Notes under the pieces: model-generated | The model's database searches: none | What the model was told of the DNA's origin: nothing | Seen by the model: only the letters and a program-made list of their open reading frames with translations | Assembly (NCBI GenBank): GCA_037130135.1 | Contig: JBAXTO010000001.1 | Location: forward strand, 147,813-211,812 | Origin: Bacteroidota bacterium | GTDB lineage: Bacteria; Bacteroidota; Bacteroidia; Chitinophagales; CAMDFR01 | Direction of reading: 5' to 3' | DNA length: 64,000 bases | In this document: positions 10,330 through 20,827 of the stretch, one piece after another | How the letters are laid out: every line of letters begins with the position of its first letter | Position numbering within the stretch: position 1 is the first letter of the stretch | Made by a program: the position numbers and the translations under genes

Positions 10330-12027
10330 TTATTTTTTTGAAGCTTCCTGAATTCGTTTCTGATAATATTCTTTTTCGGCTAAAGAACTATTGTTTAAGC
10401 TGATTGCTTTATTGAAATAATAGATTGCTTTTTCTTTGTTTTTTTGTCCACTATAATATCTACCTAAGATACCATATGTATCATAATAATCAGGGTTTGA
10501 GGCTATAAAACTTTTTTCAAAAGCGGCATCTATTTGCATTTTTGTGCCATGCATTGCCGCATGCGTAAAAGCTTGTTTTGCTTTTTTAAAGGCAAGATGA
10601 TTTTGATATAAAGGAGAATACAAAAAACTATCTGCAACAATTGTTTTAGTTGAATCATAAATGACGATATCTTTTTTTAAGCCTACATCGTTTTTGAAAA
10701 TATCGTCCAAATCATAACAAAGATATTCTCCAATTTGATAAGGTCCAACACTGATCCAGACTTTTAATTCATTGGGTTTGAAAATAATAGAATGATGACA
10801 AATTAATTGATTTAAGGCCATTTCATTGCCTAATCCAAGTGCTTCATGGTTTTTTCCATCTCGTTTACGTAGTATAGTTGCAACATCTAAATAATTTAAT
10901 TGAGAGTGACTTGCTAATTCTTTTTCAACGGTTTGATATCGATAGTTTGAGGTGCTATATTTGATATTCTCTTGATTTTCTCTTGTGTTTAAAAATGTAT
11001 CACTTTGAAAATGATTGGAGCAAATAATCTGGTTTTCAGAAGTGAGAAATAGGGCTGTTTTACTAGGAGATTTTTCAATGATTGCTGATTTTTTATCTTT
11101 CCATGAGCCTATTAAAATGCTTTCACTTACAAAGGTTTCACGTTTTTTTGCAATCGCAAATGCTTCATCAATAGTAGTTGCATATTGTAAAATTTCTCTA
11201 CTAAGTAGTGAAATAGGTGTTTTTGCTCCTGATGGATAATCGCTTTTGGAGGCATTTATGGTTATGGTTAATCCACTCGTATTCATACCAGATACAGTCC
11301 CAATCATTCCTCCCCAACTGATCATCATAAAATCTATCCCTTTATCAGGATGAATAAATTCGATGATTTTATTTTTGGCGAAACTATCACCCACATAAAA
11401 ATCGAAATTTCTACCGATAAGCATGCTAGAGTCACTGCATTTATTGCCCCAAACACCAAAAGAAGTACAACCTACTACCATATTCATTCCTTGTAATGCA
11501 TGACCAATATCATGCGCCGCATGGTAATTGAGTAATCGCTCATAGTTGGTACCAATAAAATCATACTTCTTACTAGCGCTTTTACTTACCCCATATATTT
11601 CTTGTAAGTATTCTGTGGGAATGTTTTCGTCAATATTACGATCAAAAAATTTAATCATATATTTCAGAAATTTCAAATAGGTGTTAGAAGGGATAATTTC
11701 TTTGATACTAGCTACAAAATAATCTTCTTGACTTTGAACCAATTCCTTTGATAATAGTCCATTTTTTAGTCCCATCTCGTAAGGATTATCAGCTTCTACA
11801 TACATCTCATATAATCCATACTTATTTTTTTTGATCCATGAATTATCAATTGTATAAAAGTTCTCAGCTACTTGTTTCCTTTCAAAGCTTTTATTAGAGC
11901 AGTTTGCAGGAACATCTATACGTGTTATCCAAATGAATAATAAACAGGATATGAGAATAAAAATAAAGGTGCCTACACTAAATCGAAAAAGATTTTTTAG
12001 GCTAAATATTTTTTTAAGTCTTTTCAT
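10330..12027 (-). CDS. C45 family peptidase / acyl-CoA:6-APA acyltransferase-like Ntn hydrolase with C-terminal TPR
   Basis: G-CTSF autoproteolytic Cys, IGRNFDF, SGMNTSGL, CSNHFQS; N-terminal TM; divergent from the TAL-KS-ACP genes. Confidence 0.8.
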   Translation of the reverse strand: MKRLKKIFSLKNLFRFSVGTFIFILISCLLFIWITRIDVPANCSNKSFERKQVAENFYTIDNSWIKKNKYGLYEMYVEADNPYEMGLKNGLLSKELVQSQEDYFVASIKEIIPSNTYLKFLKYMIKFFDRNIDENIPTEYLQEIYGVSKSASKKYDFIGTNYERLLNYHAAHDIGHALQGMNMVVGCTSFGVWGNKCSDSSMLIGRNFDFYVGDSFAKNKIIEFIHPDKGIDFMMISWGGMIGTVSGMNTSGLTITINASKSDYPSGAKTPISLLSREILQYATTIDEAFAIAKKRETFVSESILIGSWKDKKSAIIEKSPSKTALFLTSENQIICSNHFQSDTFLNTRENQENIKYSTSNYRYQTVEKELASHSQLNYLDVATILRKRDGKNHEALGLGNEMALNQLICHHSIIFKPNELKVWISVGPYQIGEYLCYDLDDIFKNDVGLKKDIVIYDSTKTIVADSFLYSPLYQNHLAFKKAKQAFTHAAMHGTKMQIDAAFEKSFIASNPDYYDTYGILGRYYSGQKNKEKAIYYFNKAISLNNSSLAEKEYYQKRIQEASKK

Positions 12028-12169
12028 AATTTTATAGATGCAAAACTACCTATTTAGCGAAAGATATGCTGTATTATAAAAAATTGTACAAAATATAATT
12101 TTAGCCTAAATATCAAATTAATATTCATTAATTTTGTATTACCAAAACTTTTTAAGGGACATTGTATAT

Positions 12170-13705
12170 ATGCAAATAGGCGTAAACAAACTATTACTTG
12201 ACGATTTAGAGAAAATATTATTTAAAAAAGAGTCGGTAGCCATTAGCGAAGAATCCAAACAAAAAATCAAAAATTCTTTTGATTTTTTGCAAGACTTTTC
12301 ACGAGATAAAATTATTTATGGTATCAATACGGGCTTCGGACCTATGGCTCAGTATAGAATTGAGGATAATGCTCGAGAGCAATTACAATATAATTTAATA
12401 CGATCTCATTGCTCTGGAAGTGGTAATCCTATATCCATGATTCATTCAAAAGCGGTGTTGATTTCACGTTTAAATACCTTAAAATTAGGTTATTCAGGTA
12501 TACATATTTCGGCTATTGAATTGATGACTGAAATGATTAATCTTGAAATTTATCCCGTTATATATGAACACGGTGGGGTAGGTGCCAGTGGTGATTTAGT
12601 TCAATTAGCACATGTAGCCCTTGCTCTGATTGGCGAAGGAGAGGTTTGGTGTCAAGGTCAAATCATGAAATCGAAAGATTGTTTTGAGGCACATCATTTA
12701 AAACCATTACAAATACACGTAAGAGAAGGATTAGCTATCATGAATGGTACTTCTGCCATGACAGGTATTGGTATTGTTAATTTGATTCATGCAAAAAAAT
12801 TAGCTCGTTTATCAGTAATTATTTCGAGCATGATTAATGAATTACTAGGCGCATACGAAGATCATTTTGGGGAAGAGCTAAATAATACCAAATTACATAA
12901 AGGTCAAATTCAAGTAGCGGCTCAAATGAAAAAGATTTTGACAGATAGTAGTATGATCAAACATCGCTATGAGCATTTGTATAATGGCAAACTCACGGAA
13001 GAGGTATTTGAAGAGAAAGTACAAGAATATTATTCCATTCGTTGTGTGCCTCAAATATTAGGAGCCATTGTAGATACTATTGCTACTTGTGAAGAAGTAG
13101 TGATCAACGAATTAAATTCTGCTAATGATAATCCTATCATCGATTTTGCTTCTAAAAATGTATATCATGGGGGCAATTTTCATGGTGATTACGTAGCATT
13201 AGAAATGGATAAACTTAAATTGGCTATCACAAAATTGTCGATGTTGATGGAACGACAATTGAATTATTTATTAAATGATAAATTAAATGCGAAACTTACA
13301 CCCTTTATCAATTTGGGTAAATTAGGGTTTAACTTTGGAATGCAAGGGATACAGTTTACGGCAACGAGTACTGTTGCTGAAAATCAGACCTTATCTACTT
13401 CCTCTTATATTCATAGTATTCCTAACAATAATGATAATCAAGATATCGTAAGCATGGGTTCTAATGCGGCATTAATCGCCTCTAAAGTGATTGAAAATAC
13501 ATATGAAGTATGTAGTATCGAATTGATGTCGGTTTTACAAGCTATCGATAGTTTAGGAATTAAAGATAAACTTTCGAGCTTTAATAAGAAATTTTACGAT
13601 GAAGCTAGAACCATAATACCAGTAGTGATTGAAGATAAACCAAGTTTTGAATTACTACGAAGTGTAAAAGCTTATTTAAAAGATAAAGAGTTTAACATTA
13701 ACTAA
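12170..13705 (+). CDS. Aromatic amino acid ammonia-lyase (HAL/PAL/TAL family), likely tyrosine ammonia-lyase
   Basis: MIO-forming GASGD; YGINTGFGPMAQY, LQYNLIRSH, QEYYSIRCVPQ, HGGNFHG resemble Flavobacterium TAL as recalled; ATG 12170 preferred. Confidence 0.85.
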   Translation: MQIGVNKLLLDDLEKILFKKESVAISEESKQKIKNSFDFLQDFSRDKIIYGINTGFGPMAQYRIEDNAREQLQYNLIRSHCSGSGNPISMIHSKAVLISRLNTLKLGYSGIHISAIELMTEMINLEIYPVIYEHGGVGASGDLVQLAHVALALIGEGEVWCQGQIMKSKDCFEAHHLKPLQIHVREGLAIMNGTSAMTGIGIVNLIHAKKLARLSVIISSMINELLGAYEDHFGEELNNTKLHKGQIQVAAQMKKILTDSSMIKHRYEHLYNGKLTEEVFEEKVQEYYSIRCVPQILGAIVDTIATCEEVVINELNSANDNPIIDFASKNVYHGGNFHGDYVALEMDKLKLAITKLSMLMERQLNYLLNDKLNAKLTPFINLGKLGFNFGMQGIQFTATSTVAENQTLSTSSYIHSIPNNNDNQDIVSMGSNAALIASKVIENTYEVCSIELMSVLQAIDSLGIKDKLSSFNKKFYDEARTIIPVVIEDKPSFELLRSVKAYLKDKEFNIN

Positions 13706-14442
13706 TGAGTGATATTAAATACGCATTAATTACAGGAGCTTCAAGAGGAATTGGAAAAGCCATTGCGATACGATTAGCATCAAGTGGCTATCATATATTG
13801 TTGAACTATCAAAGTAATGATCAGGCAGCAGATGAAACAGTTGCAGTTATACAAGCCAATGGTGGATCGGCTACTAAAATGAAATTTGACGTATCAAGTG
13901 AACAAGAAACTGAAACTGCTATTCAGCAATGGATGGATAGTACAGGGGTAAGTTATATTGAAGTATTGGTAAATAATGCAGGGATCAAGAAAGATAACTT
14001 GATGATGTGGATGACAAATGATGAATGGAAATCGGTGTTGAATACCTCCTTAGATGGTTTCTTTTATATCACTCGATTTTTATTGAAACCCATGTTGACA
14101 AAGAGATATGGAAGAATCATCAATATTGTTTCATTAAGTGGAGTAAAAGGAATGAGTGGTCAAACGAATTATGCAGCAGCAAAAGCGGCAGTAATTGGAG
14201 CTACTAAATCCTTGGCACAAGAAGTAGCTAAACGAAAAATTACAGTAAATGCAGTTGCACCAGGATTTATTAAAACGGATATGACTAGTGATATTGATCC
14301 TGATATGTATAAAAGAATTATTCCGATGGAACGATTTGGTGAAGTTGAAGAAGTGGCTTCTTTAGTGAACTATTTAGCTTCAAAAGACGCGTCGTATATC
14401 ACAGGGGAAGTGATTCATGTGAATGGAGGATTGTATACGTAA
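13705..14442 (+). CDS. fabG: 3-oxoacyl-ACP reductase
   Basis: TGASRGIG, NNAG, YAAAK, NAVAPGFI; start overlaps TAL stop. Confidence 0.9.
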   Translation: MSDIKYALITGASRGIGKAIAIRLASSGYHILLNYQSNDQAADETVAVIQANGGSATKMKFDVSSEQETETAIQQWMDSTGVSYIEVLVNNAGIKKDNLMMWMTNDEWKSVLNTSLDGFFYITRFLLKPMLTKRYGRIINIVSLSGVKGMSGQTNYAAAKAAVIGATKSLAQEVAKRKITVNAVAPGFIKTDMTSDIDPDMYKRIIPMERFGEVEEVASLVNYLASKDASYITGEVIHVNGGLYT

Positions 14443-14467
14443 TTAAATGAAAAAATAATTTTATAAA

Positions 14468-15697
14468 GTGAAATTAAGAAGAGTTGTAATTACAGGTATT
14501 GGTGCTTACTCATGTATTGGTAAGAATGTAGAAGAGATTAAAAACTCATTATATACGGGCAAATCAGGTATTATATATGATCCTGCACGTAAAGAAATGG
14601 GCTATCGATCTGCTTTAACAGGCTTTATTGAGCGACCTAATTTACAAGGACTTTTACATAGAAGATACAGAGGCTATATGGCTGAAGAAGGCGAATATGC
14701 ATATATTGCTACTCTAGAAGCTTTAAAACAAGCTAAAATTGAAGATTCATTTTTTGATACACATGAAGTAGGTATCTTATATGGCAACGATAGTACAGCA
14801 AATGCTACTGTTGAAACCAATGATATCATTCGAGCTAAAAAAGATACCTCTATGGCGGGAGGTGGGGCTATTTTTCAGTGTATGAATAGCACAGTAAGTA
14901 TGATTTTATCAACCATTTTTAGGTTACGCGGCATTAATTTCACCATTAGTGGTGCCTGTGCTAGTGGTTCGCATAGTATTGGAATGGCTTATACCATGAT
15001 TCGACATGGCTATCAAGATATCATTATATGCGGTGGTGCACAAGAAGTAAATGCCGTTACTTTTGCTAGTTTCGACGGTATTGGTGCATTTTCTATACGA
15101 GAAACGGATCCTACCAAAGCTTCTCGTCCATTTGATAAAGATAGAGATGGCTTAGTACCAAGCGGAGGTGGGGCAACTGTTATACTCGAAACGCTTGAAT
15201 CGGCTTTAAGTAGAGGAGCACCAATTTTAGGTGAAGTGATAGGATATGGTTTCTCTTCTAATGGTGGACATATCTCTCAGCCAAATGTAGATGGTCCTTC
15301 AAGATCTTTGAATATGTGTATTCAAGATGCTGGAATTCAATTAAAAGATATTGACTATATAAATGCTCATGCTACTTCTACACCTATTGGTGATATGAAT
15401 GAAGCAAAAGCAATTCATCAAGTATTTGGTAATCATAAACCATATGTAAGTAGTACAAAGAGTATGACAGGTCATGAATGTTGGATGGCAGGTGCAAGCG
15501 AAATTGTTTATTCTTTAATAATGATGCATAATGGTTTTATTGCCCCTAATATCAACATGAATGAACCAGATGAAGATAGTGCAAAAATAAATATAGCAAC
15601 CTCTACCATAGATAAAAACTTTGATGTATTTTTATCGAATTCTTTTGGATTTGGAGGAACCAATTCAACCTTAATAGTAAAAAAATATAAACCATAA
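14468..15697 (+). CDS. Beta-ketoacyl-ACP synthase (FabB/FabF-like)
   Basis: GACASG catalytic Cys, NAHATST, KSMTGH, SNSFGFGG. Confidence 0.9.
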   Translation: MKLRRVVITGIGAYSCIGKNVEEIKNSLYTGKSGIIYDPARKEMGYRSALTGFIERPNLQGLLHRRYRGYMAEEGEYAYIATLEALKQAKIEDSFFDTHEVGILYGNDSTANATVETNDIIRAKKDTSMAGGGAIFQCMNSTVSMILSTIFRLRGINFTISGACASGSHSIGMAYTMIRHGYQDIIICGGAQEVNAVTFASFDGIGAFSIRETDPTKASRPFDKDRDGLVPSGGGATVILETLESALSRGAPILGEVIGYGFSSNGGHISQPNVDGPSRSLNMCIQDAGIQLKDIDYINAHATSTPIGDMNEAKAIHQVFGNHKPYVSSTKSMTGHECWMAGASEIVYSLIMMHNGFIAPNINMNEPDEDSAKINIATSTIDKNFDVFLSNSFGFGGTNSTLIVKKYKP

Positions 15698-15704
15698 ATA
15701 ATTT

Positions 15705-15959
15705 ATGAATAGTGTAATGACCATGGATGAAGTAATAACTATCACTAATAATTTCTTAGTAGAAGAGTTTGAAGTAGATATGGCTAGTATTAAACCAGCC
15801 GCTCCAGTAAAAGAAACATTAGAGCTTGATAGTCTAGATTATGTAGATTTAGTAGTATTAATAGATACACATTTTGGATTTAAAGTACAACAACAAGACT
15901 TTAAAGGGATTGTTACTTTCCAAGATTTTTATAATTTCTTACATCAACGAGTTAAATAG
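15705..15959 (+). CDS. Acyl carrier protein
   Basis: LELDSLD phosphopantetheine site; 84 aa, acidic. Confidence 0.9.
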   Translation: MNSVMTMDEVITITNNFLVEEFEVDMASIKPAAPVKETLELDSLDYVDLVVLIDTHFGFKVQQQDFKGIVTFQDFYNFLHQRVK

Positions 15960-15970
15960 CCGCATTAGCT

Positions 15971-16834
15971 ATGGCTGAATGGCAAGGACAATCAAGAGGG
16001 ACTCCCTTAGGATATAAAATATTTCTTTTCTTATTAAATAGAGTAGGTGTGCGTGCTGCATACTTATTACTGCTTCCAGTTTCTTTATATTACGTATTAT
16101 TTGTACCTAAAGCAACTAAAGCAATCTATTACTATTTTCATAATCGTTTAAAGTATTCTCCTATTCGTGCTCTTTTACGAACTCGTTTAAATTTTTATGT
16201 GTTTGGTCAAACCATTATTGATAAGTTCGCTATTATGGGGGGTATGAAAAGTGCTTATAGCTATGAGTTTGAGGGAGAGGAACATTTAGTAGATATGGCT
16301 AATAATACAGGCGGTATCTTAATAGGAGCACACTTGGGCAATTGGGATATAGCCTCACAATTATTAAATCGATTATCTAAACCATTTAATATAGTGATGT
16401 ATGAAAATGAATTAGAGAACATGAAAAAATTATTTGAACAAGCACTGAAAGACAAAAAGATAAAAATTATTGCAATCAAACAAGATTTATCACATGTTTT
16501 TGAAATTAAAAAAGCATTTGATAACAAAGAACTCATCTGTTTTCACGGCGATCGATTTTTGGATGGAAGTAAATTTATCGAAGCCAATTTTTTAGGAGAA
16601 AAAGCAAAATTTCCTCATGGGCCATTTTATTTGGCGTCTAAATTTAAAATGCCGTATACCTTTGTTTATGCGATGAAAGAGCCTGCATTACATTATCATT
16701 TATATGCTACTAAAGGGAAAGTTCATCAGGGAACTATTGATGAATTGGTAGCTGATTATGTTATTCATCTCGAACAAAAAGTAAAGACTTATCCCTTACA
16801 ATGGTTTAATTATTATCAGTTTTGGGCTAGTTAA
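15971..16834 (+). CDS. LpxL/LpxP-family acyltransferase (aryl polyene/flexirubin-cluster type)
   Basis: HLGNWD, HGDR, FLGEKAKFP.GP, YPLQWFNYY.FW. Confidence 0.8.
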   Translation: MAEWQGQSRGTPLGYKIFLFLLNRVGVRAAYLLLLPVSLYYVLFVPKATKAIYYYFHNRLKYSPIRALLRTRLNFYVFGQTIIDKFAIMGGMKSAYSYEFEGEEHLVDMANNTGGILIGAHLGNWDIASQLLNRLSKPFNIVMYENELENMKKLFEQALKDKKIKIIAIKQDLSHVFEIKKAFDNKELICFHGDRFLDGSKFIEANFLGEKAKFPHGPFYLASKFKMPYTFVYAMKEPALHYHLYATKGKVHQGTIDELVADYVIHLEQKVKTYPLQWFNYYQFWAS

Positions 16835-16836
16835 TA

Positions 16837-17000
16837 AATTACGTCACGCTATAGCGTGAACGAATTACGAATTAATAAATCAATTAAGAATTAATCATTA
16901 ATTGATGTAGATTTTAGATCTCTACTTTGAACTCAGAACTTAAAACTTTAAACTTTGAACTATAAACTTTGAACCTGACTGCCGACAGGCAGGCTCAGAA
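16837..17000. repeat. Intergenic heptamer arrays with two embedded palindromes
   Basis: AATTACG-type units with TCACGCTATAGCGTGA (16844-16859); AACTTTG/AACTCAG units ~16924-16973; CCTGACTGCCGACAGGCAGG (16974-16993). Confidence 0.75.
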
Positions 17001-18260
17001 CTAAATAGTCAATTTACTCAAAGCGTCTCTTAAGTTTGTAATCCCTCGCTCAATATCTTCTACAGTGCAAGCCCCAACACTAGCTCTAAACCATGAAATC
17101 ATATTGGTGGTACCAAATGCATTAAACGGAACTAATGCAAGTTTTGCTTCTTTAATTAAGTATGAATTGATATCCATCGAATTTTTTAATACAGTTCCAT
17201 CAGCTGTAGTAGCATTTAAATAATCGATTTGAATGGTTAAATAAATAGCTCCTGCAGGTGCGATAGCATCCACTTTAAATCCTTCTTTTTTTAATGCTTG
17301 AATTCCTGCATATAAAGCATCTAATGATTTTTTTAATTTCAATTCATTAGCTACTAAATAAGCATTCAAATCTTCTTTATCATTCAAATACTTCGCCATT
17401 GCAACTTGTTCCGCTTTAGGGGCCCAAGCTCCAATATGACCTAGAATCGATTTCATTTTATCCATAATATTTTTCGGACCAAATCCCCAGCCCACTCTAA
17501 CACCAGTACTGGCAAGGTATTTAGAAGCGCCATCTATATAAATCGTATATTCTTTCAACTCAGGAAACATACTTACAGGATCTACATGCTTATTGTTCCC
17601 AAAAGTCAATAACCAATAAATATGATCGTACATAATATACAATGGTTTTTCATTAGCACTTCTACGTTTATTTTCTGCGAGTACTAATTCGCATATTTTT
17701 CGTAACTCCTCTTCTTGAAACATTGTACCCGTAGGATTAAGTGGAGAGCATAACGCCAATAATACAGCATCTTTTAGATGTGGTTCAAGTGCTGCTGCTG
17801 TAGGTAAAAAATTATTTGATGCTGTGGTAGCAACAGCAATACCATCTGCACCAGTTAAATAGCAATAGTGATTATTGTTCCAAGAAGGTATAGGATAAAT
17901 AACTTTATCTCCTTTATCTACTATTGCTAAATAGGTGGCATATATCAATGGTCTAGAACCTCCAGCGATCAAAATTTCAGTTACATCATAAGAGAGATTT
18001 AATCGTGCGGATAAAAAATTTGAAACAGATTCTCTCAACTCAAGAATGCCATCACTTGGAGGATAGTTGGTTTGATTATCTTGATATGCTTCGTTTATAT
18101 ATTTTTTTAAGGTAGCAGGAATAGGGTAGTAGTTCGAATTAAAATCACCCACGGTTAAATTGCTTACTTGCTCACCATTTTTAATCATGGAGTTCACTTC
18201 TCCTGCAATTTTTAATATTTCACTTCCTATCAATCCCTCTGCTAATATTGAGTTTTTCAT
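17001..18260 (-). CDS. PLP-dependent aminotransferase class I/II
   Basis: SPLNPTG, DHIY, GASKYLASTGVRVGW (PLP Lys). Confidence 0.88.
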   Translation of the reverse strand: MKNSILAEGLIGSEILKIAGEVNSMIKNGEQVSNLTVGDFNSNYYPIPATLKKYINEAYQDNQTNYPPSDGILELRESVSNFLSARLNLSYDVTEILIAGGSRPLIYATYLAIVDKGDKVIYPIPSWNNNHYCYLTGADGIAVATTASNNFLPTAAALEPHLKDAVLLALCSPLNPTGTMFQEEELRKICELVLAENKRRSANEKPLYIMYDHIYWLLTFGNNKHVDPVSMFPELKEYTIYIDGASKYLASTGVRVGWGFGPKNIMDKMKSILGHIGAWAPKAEQVAMAKYLNDKEDLNAYLVANELKLKKSLDALYAGIQALKKEGFKVDAIAPAGAIYLTIQIDYLNATTADGTVLKNSMDINSYLIKEAKLALVPFNAFGTTNMISWFRASVGACTVEDIERGITNLRDALSKLTI

Positions 18261-18334
18261 ATATAAATTATTATATGGATAATGAATAAATATACTACTA
18301 ATTTACCATATCAAAAAGGGATCATTAAATATTT

Positions 18335-19675
18335 TTAATTCTTTCCTTTTGCGGCTCTTTTCCTTTCAGCAGCTCGGTTTACAGGTTTTGTTTTTTTAGG
18401 TTTTCGTTTGGTGGGTCCTCCTAAATTTACTTTTTTATTTTTGAATGATTTTTCATGAAAAGCAGCACCTCCTTCTTCTTTAGGCTTTTTGGGTAATGGT
18501 TTTTGTTTGATTCTATCTTTTTCAAAATCTAGTAATCGTAAATCAAATTCTACATTTTCAGGGATATCAATAGGAGTCATTTCAGTATGCATCCATACTT
18601 CTGTTTCTAATAAAAATTCTTCTTCTTTAGGCCCTATAAAACTGATGGCAATACCTTCTTTATCAGCTCTACCTGTTCTTCCAATTCTATGAATGTATTT
18701 TTCTACTACATCGGGAAATTCAACATTTATAACATGTGTAATTCCCGAAATATCTAGTCCTCGTGCCATGATATCAGTGGTGATGATTCCTCGTATCTTT
18801 CCTTGCTCAAAGCTGCGCATAGTGCCCAATCTATAATTTTGCGATTTATTCGAATGCAGCACACCAAACTGTTGTGGAAAATCATTTTCTAAGCGAGCAT
18901 GTATCATATCTGCATTCTTTTTATGATTAGCGAATACTAAAATTCTACTAAATGCTTCATCACTAACAAGTGCTTGTAATAAATTAAGCTTGGTTAAAAA
19001 AGAAGGTACTTGATACATGTATTGCTTGATTTGTTCAAGTGGTGTACCCGACGCAGCTAATGAAATTTCTACTGGATAGTTAAAATATTCATCCAATACT
19101 GCATCTACATCTTCTGTCATCGTTGCAGAAAATAAAATATTTTGACGCTTGTTTTTTAACATCGATAAGATAGAAGTCAATTGAAAGCGAAAACCTAAAT
19201 TTAAAATTTCATCAAATTCATCTATGATTAATTTTTGTAACGAATCGAAACGTACGGTCTTTTCGAGTGCTAAATCCATCAATCTTCCGGGCGTTCCCAC
19301 CAAGATATCTACTCCAGCGAATACTTCATTACGATGTGTTTTAATATTTACCCCACCATATACACCAAGTACTCGAACACTCATATACTTACAAAGTTTT
19401 TTTACTTCATCAGTTACTTGTACTACTAATTCACGTGTAGGCACTAATATTACTACTCGAGGAGTATCAGTAGCTATAAATTTCCATTGTTTTAAAATGG
19501 GTAATAAATAAGCAAAGGTTTTACCAGTACCAGTTTGTGCTATACCCATTACATCTCTTCCCGAGAGAATAGTAGAGAATGATTTTGCTTGAATGGGTGT
19601 TGGTTTTACAAATCCTAAATCATCTAAGGCTTGTTGCAATACTTTGGGTAATTCTAAAGACTCGAACGATTCCAT
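18335..19675 (-). CDS. DEAD-box RNA helicase
   Basis: PTPIQ, AQTGTGKT, PTREL, TPGRL, DEFD, SAT, ARGLD, HRIGRTGR; basic tail. Confidence 0.93.
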   Translation of the reverse strand: MESFESLELPKVLQQALDDLGFVKPTPIQAKSFSTILSGRDVMGIAQTGTGKTFAYLLPILKQWKFIATDTPRVVILVPTRELVVQVTDEVKKLCKYMSVRVLGVYGGVNIKTHRNEVFAGVDILVGTPGRLMDLALEKTVRFDSLQKLIIDEFDEILNLGFRFQLTSILSMLKNKRQNILFSATMTEDVDAVLDEYFNYPVEISLAASGTPLEQIKQYMYQVPSFLTKLNLLQALVSDEAFSRILVFANHKKNADMIHARLENDFPQQFGVLHSNKSQNYRLGTMRSFEQGKIRGIITTDIMARGLDISGITHVINVEFPDVVEKYIHRIGRTGRADKEGIAISFIGPKEEEFLLETEVWMHTEMTPIDIPENVEFDLRLLDFEKDRIKQKPLPKKPKEEGGAAFHEKSFKNKKVNLGGPTKRKPKKTKPVNRAAERKRAAKGKN

Positions 19676-19792
19676 GCTAATTATTTTTACAAAGGTACAT
19701 CAAAGCATTGAGCTTTTTTTACTGCTATTTAAATAGCTTGATTGTTCATATCGTTTTGCTTGCTATTACTGAATTATAAGTACATTTACTAA

Positions 19793-20782
19793 ATGAAAAA
19801 TATAGCTTTAATTTGTTTTGTATCTCTCACTTTTTTTAGTTTCGCACAACTACCAAAAACCTTTATAGCAAAGGATCAACCAAGTGCTCCCGATTATAGT
19901 CAATCCTCCAGTTGGATGTCCTTGCCATTTCGAAATGATGGTGCCGACATTCTACCAAAATATGAAAAATGGATCAGTGATTCATTAAAAGAGGTAGATG
20001 TTTTTTATATCTATCCCACTATTTATGCAAAAGGGTCTACCTGGTGTGCAGATATAAATGATGAAAAATTAAATGCAAAAATTGATCGTTTACCTGTAAA
20101 ATATCAGGTCTCTCTGTTCAACCAAGTGGCTCGAATTTATGCGCCAAAATATCGACAAGGAATTATTGATTGTTTTAAAGACACGACTGGAGTTGGGATT
20201 GAAGCATTAGATTTTGCTTATCAAGATGTGAAAAAAGCTTTTGAATATTATATGCAACATTATAATAATGGTCGACCAATCATTATCGTATCACATAGTC
20301 AAGGGACACGTCAAGCACGTCTATTATTAAAAGAATATTTTGACACCCCTGAAATGAAAGAAAAGTTAGTTTGTGCATATATTGTAGGTTACGGCATTTA
20401 TCCAACTACTTATAACGTATTAAAACCTTGTGAAGACCCGCATGAAACCAACTGTTATGTAACTTGGTCATCTTTTCAAAAGAAATACAATGCAGATCAT
20501 GATACCTTGTTGTGGGCACAAGTATGTGTAAACCCAATATCATGGAAAACAGATACAGCCATTGCCTCTGCCAATACATCAATATTTCTAAATATTAATA
20601 AAAAGCATCCTTATTATACGGCAGTACAAAAGCATGAAAATTATTTATGGGTAAAAACCCGAGTGCCTTTTATGCCCTTTTTTAAAGTGATGCATTTACT
20701 CGATTTTAATTTATACTGGCAAAGTATTCGAACGAATGTTAAAGAGCGTGTGGAAGCCTATTTGAGCAGTAGGCATAAATAA
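19793..20782 (+). CDS. DUF3089-like alpha/beta hydrolase, secreted
   Basis: DVFYIYPT, YAPKYRQ, AYQDVKKAF, SHSQG nucleophile motif, CVNPISW. Confidence 0.75.
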   Translation: MKNIALICFVSLTFFSFAQLPKTFIAKDQPSAPDYSQSSSWMSLPFRNDGADILPKYEKWISDSLKEVDVFYIYPTIYAKGSTWCADINDEKLNAKIDRLPVKYQVSLFNQVARIYAPKYRQGIIDCFKDTTGVGIEALDFAYQDVKKAFEYYMQHYNNGRPIIIVSHSQGTRQARLLLKEYFDTPEMKEKLVCAYIVGYGIYPTTYNVLKPCEDPHETNCYVTWSSFQKKYNADHDTLLWAQVCVNPISWKTDTAIASANTSIFLNINKKHPYYTAVQKHENYLWVKTRVPFMPFFKVMHLLDFNLYWQSIRTNVKERVEAYLSSRHK

Positions 20783-20783
20783 A

Positions 20784-20809
20784 AAAAGCTCATCATTGGA
20801 TGAGCTTTT
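20784..20809. terminator. Bidirectional intrinsic terminator
   Basis: AAAAGCTCATC-attg-GATGAGCTTTT between convergent genes. Confidence 0.8.
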
Positions 20810-20827
20810 ATCTATAAAATAATATTT

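Noticed and set aside
18335-19675. DEFD instead of DEAD as an inactive helicase
   Set aside because: It fits DExD and all other motifs are intact.
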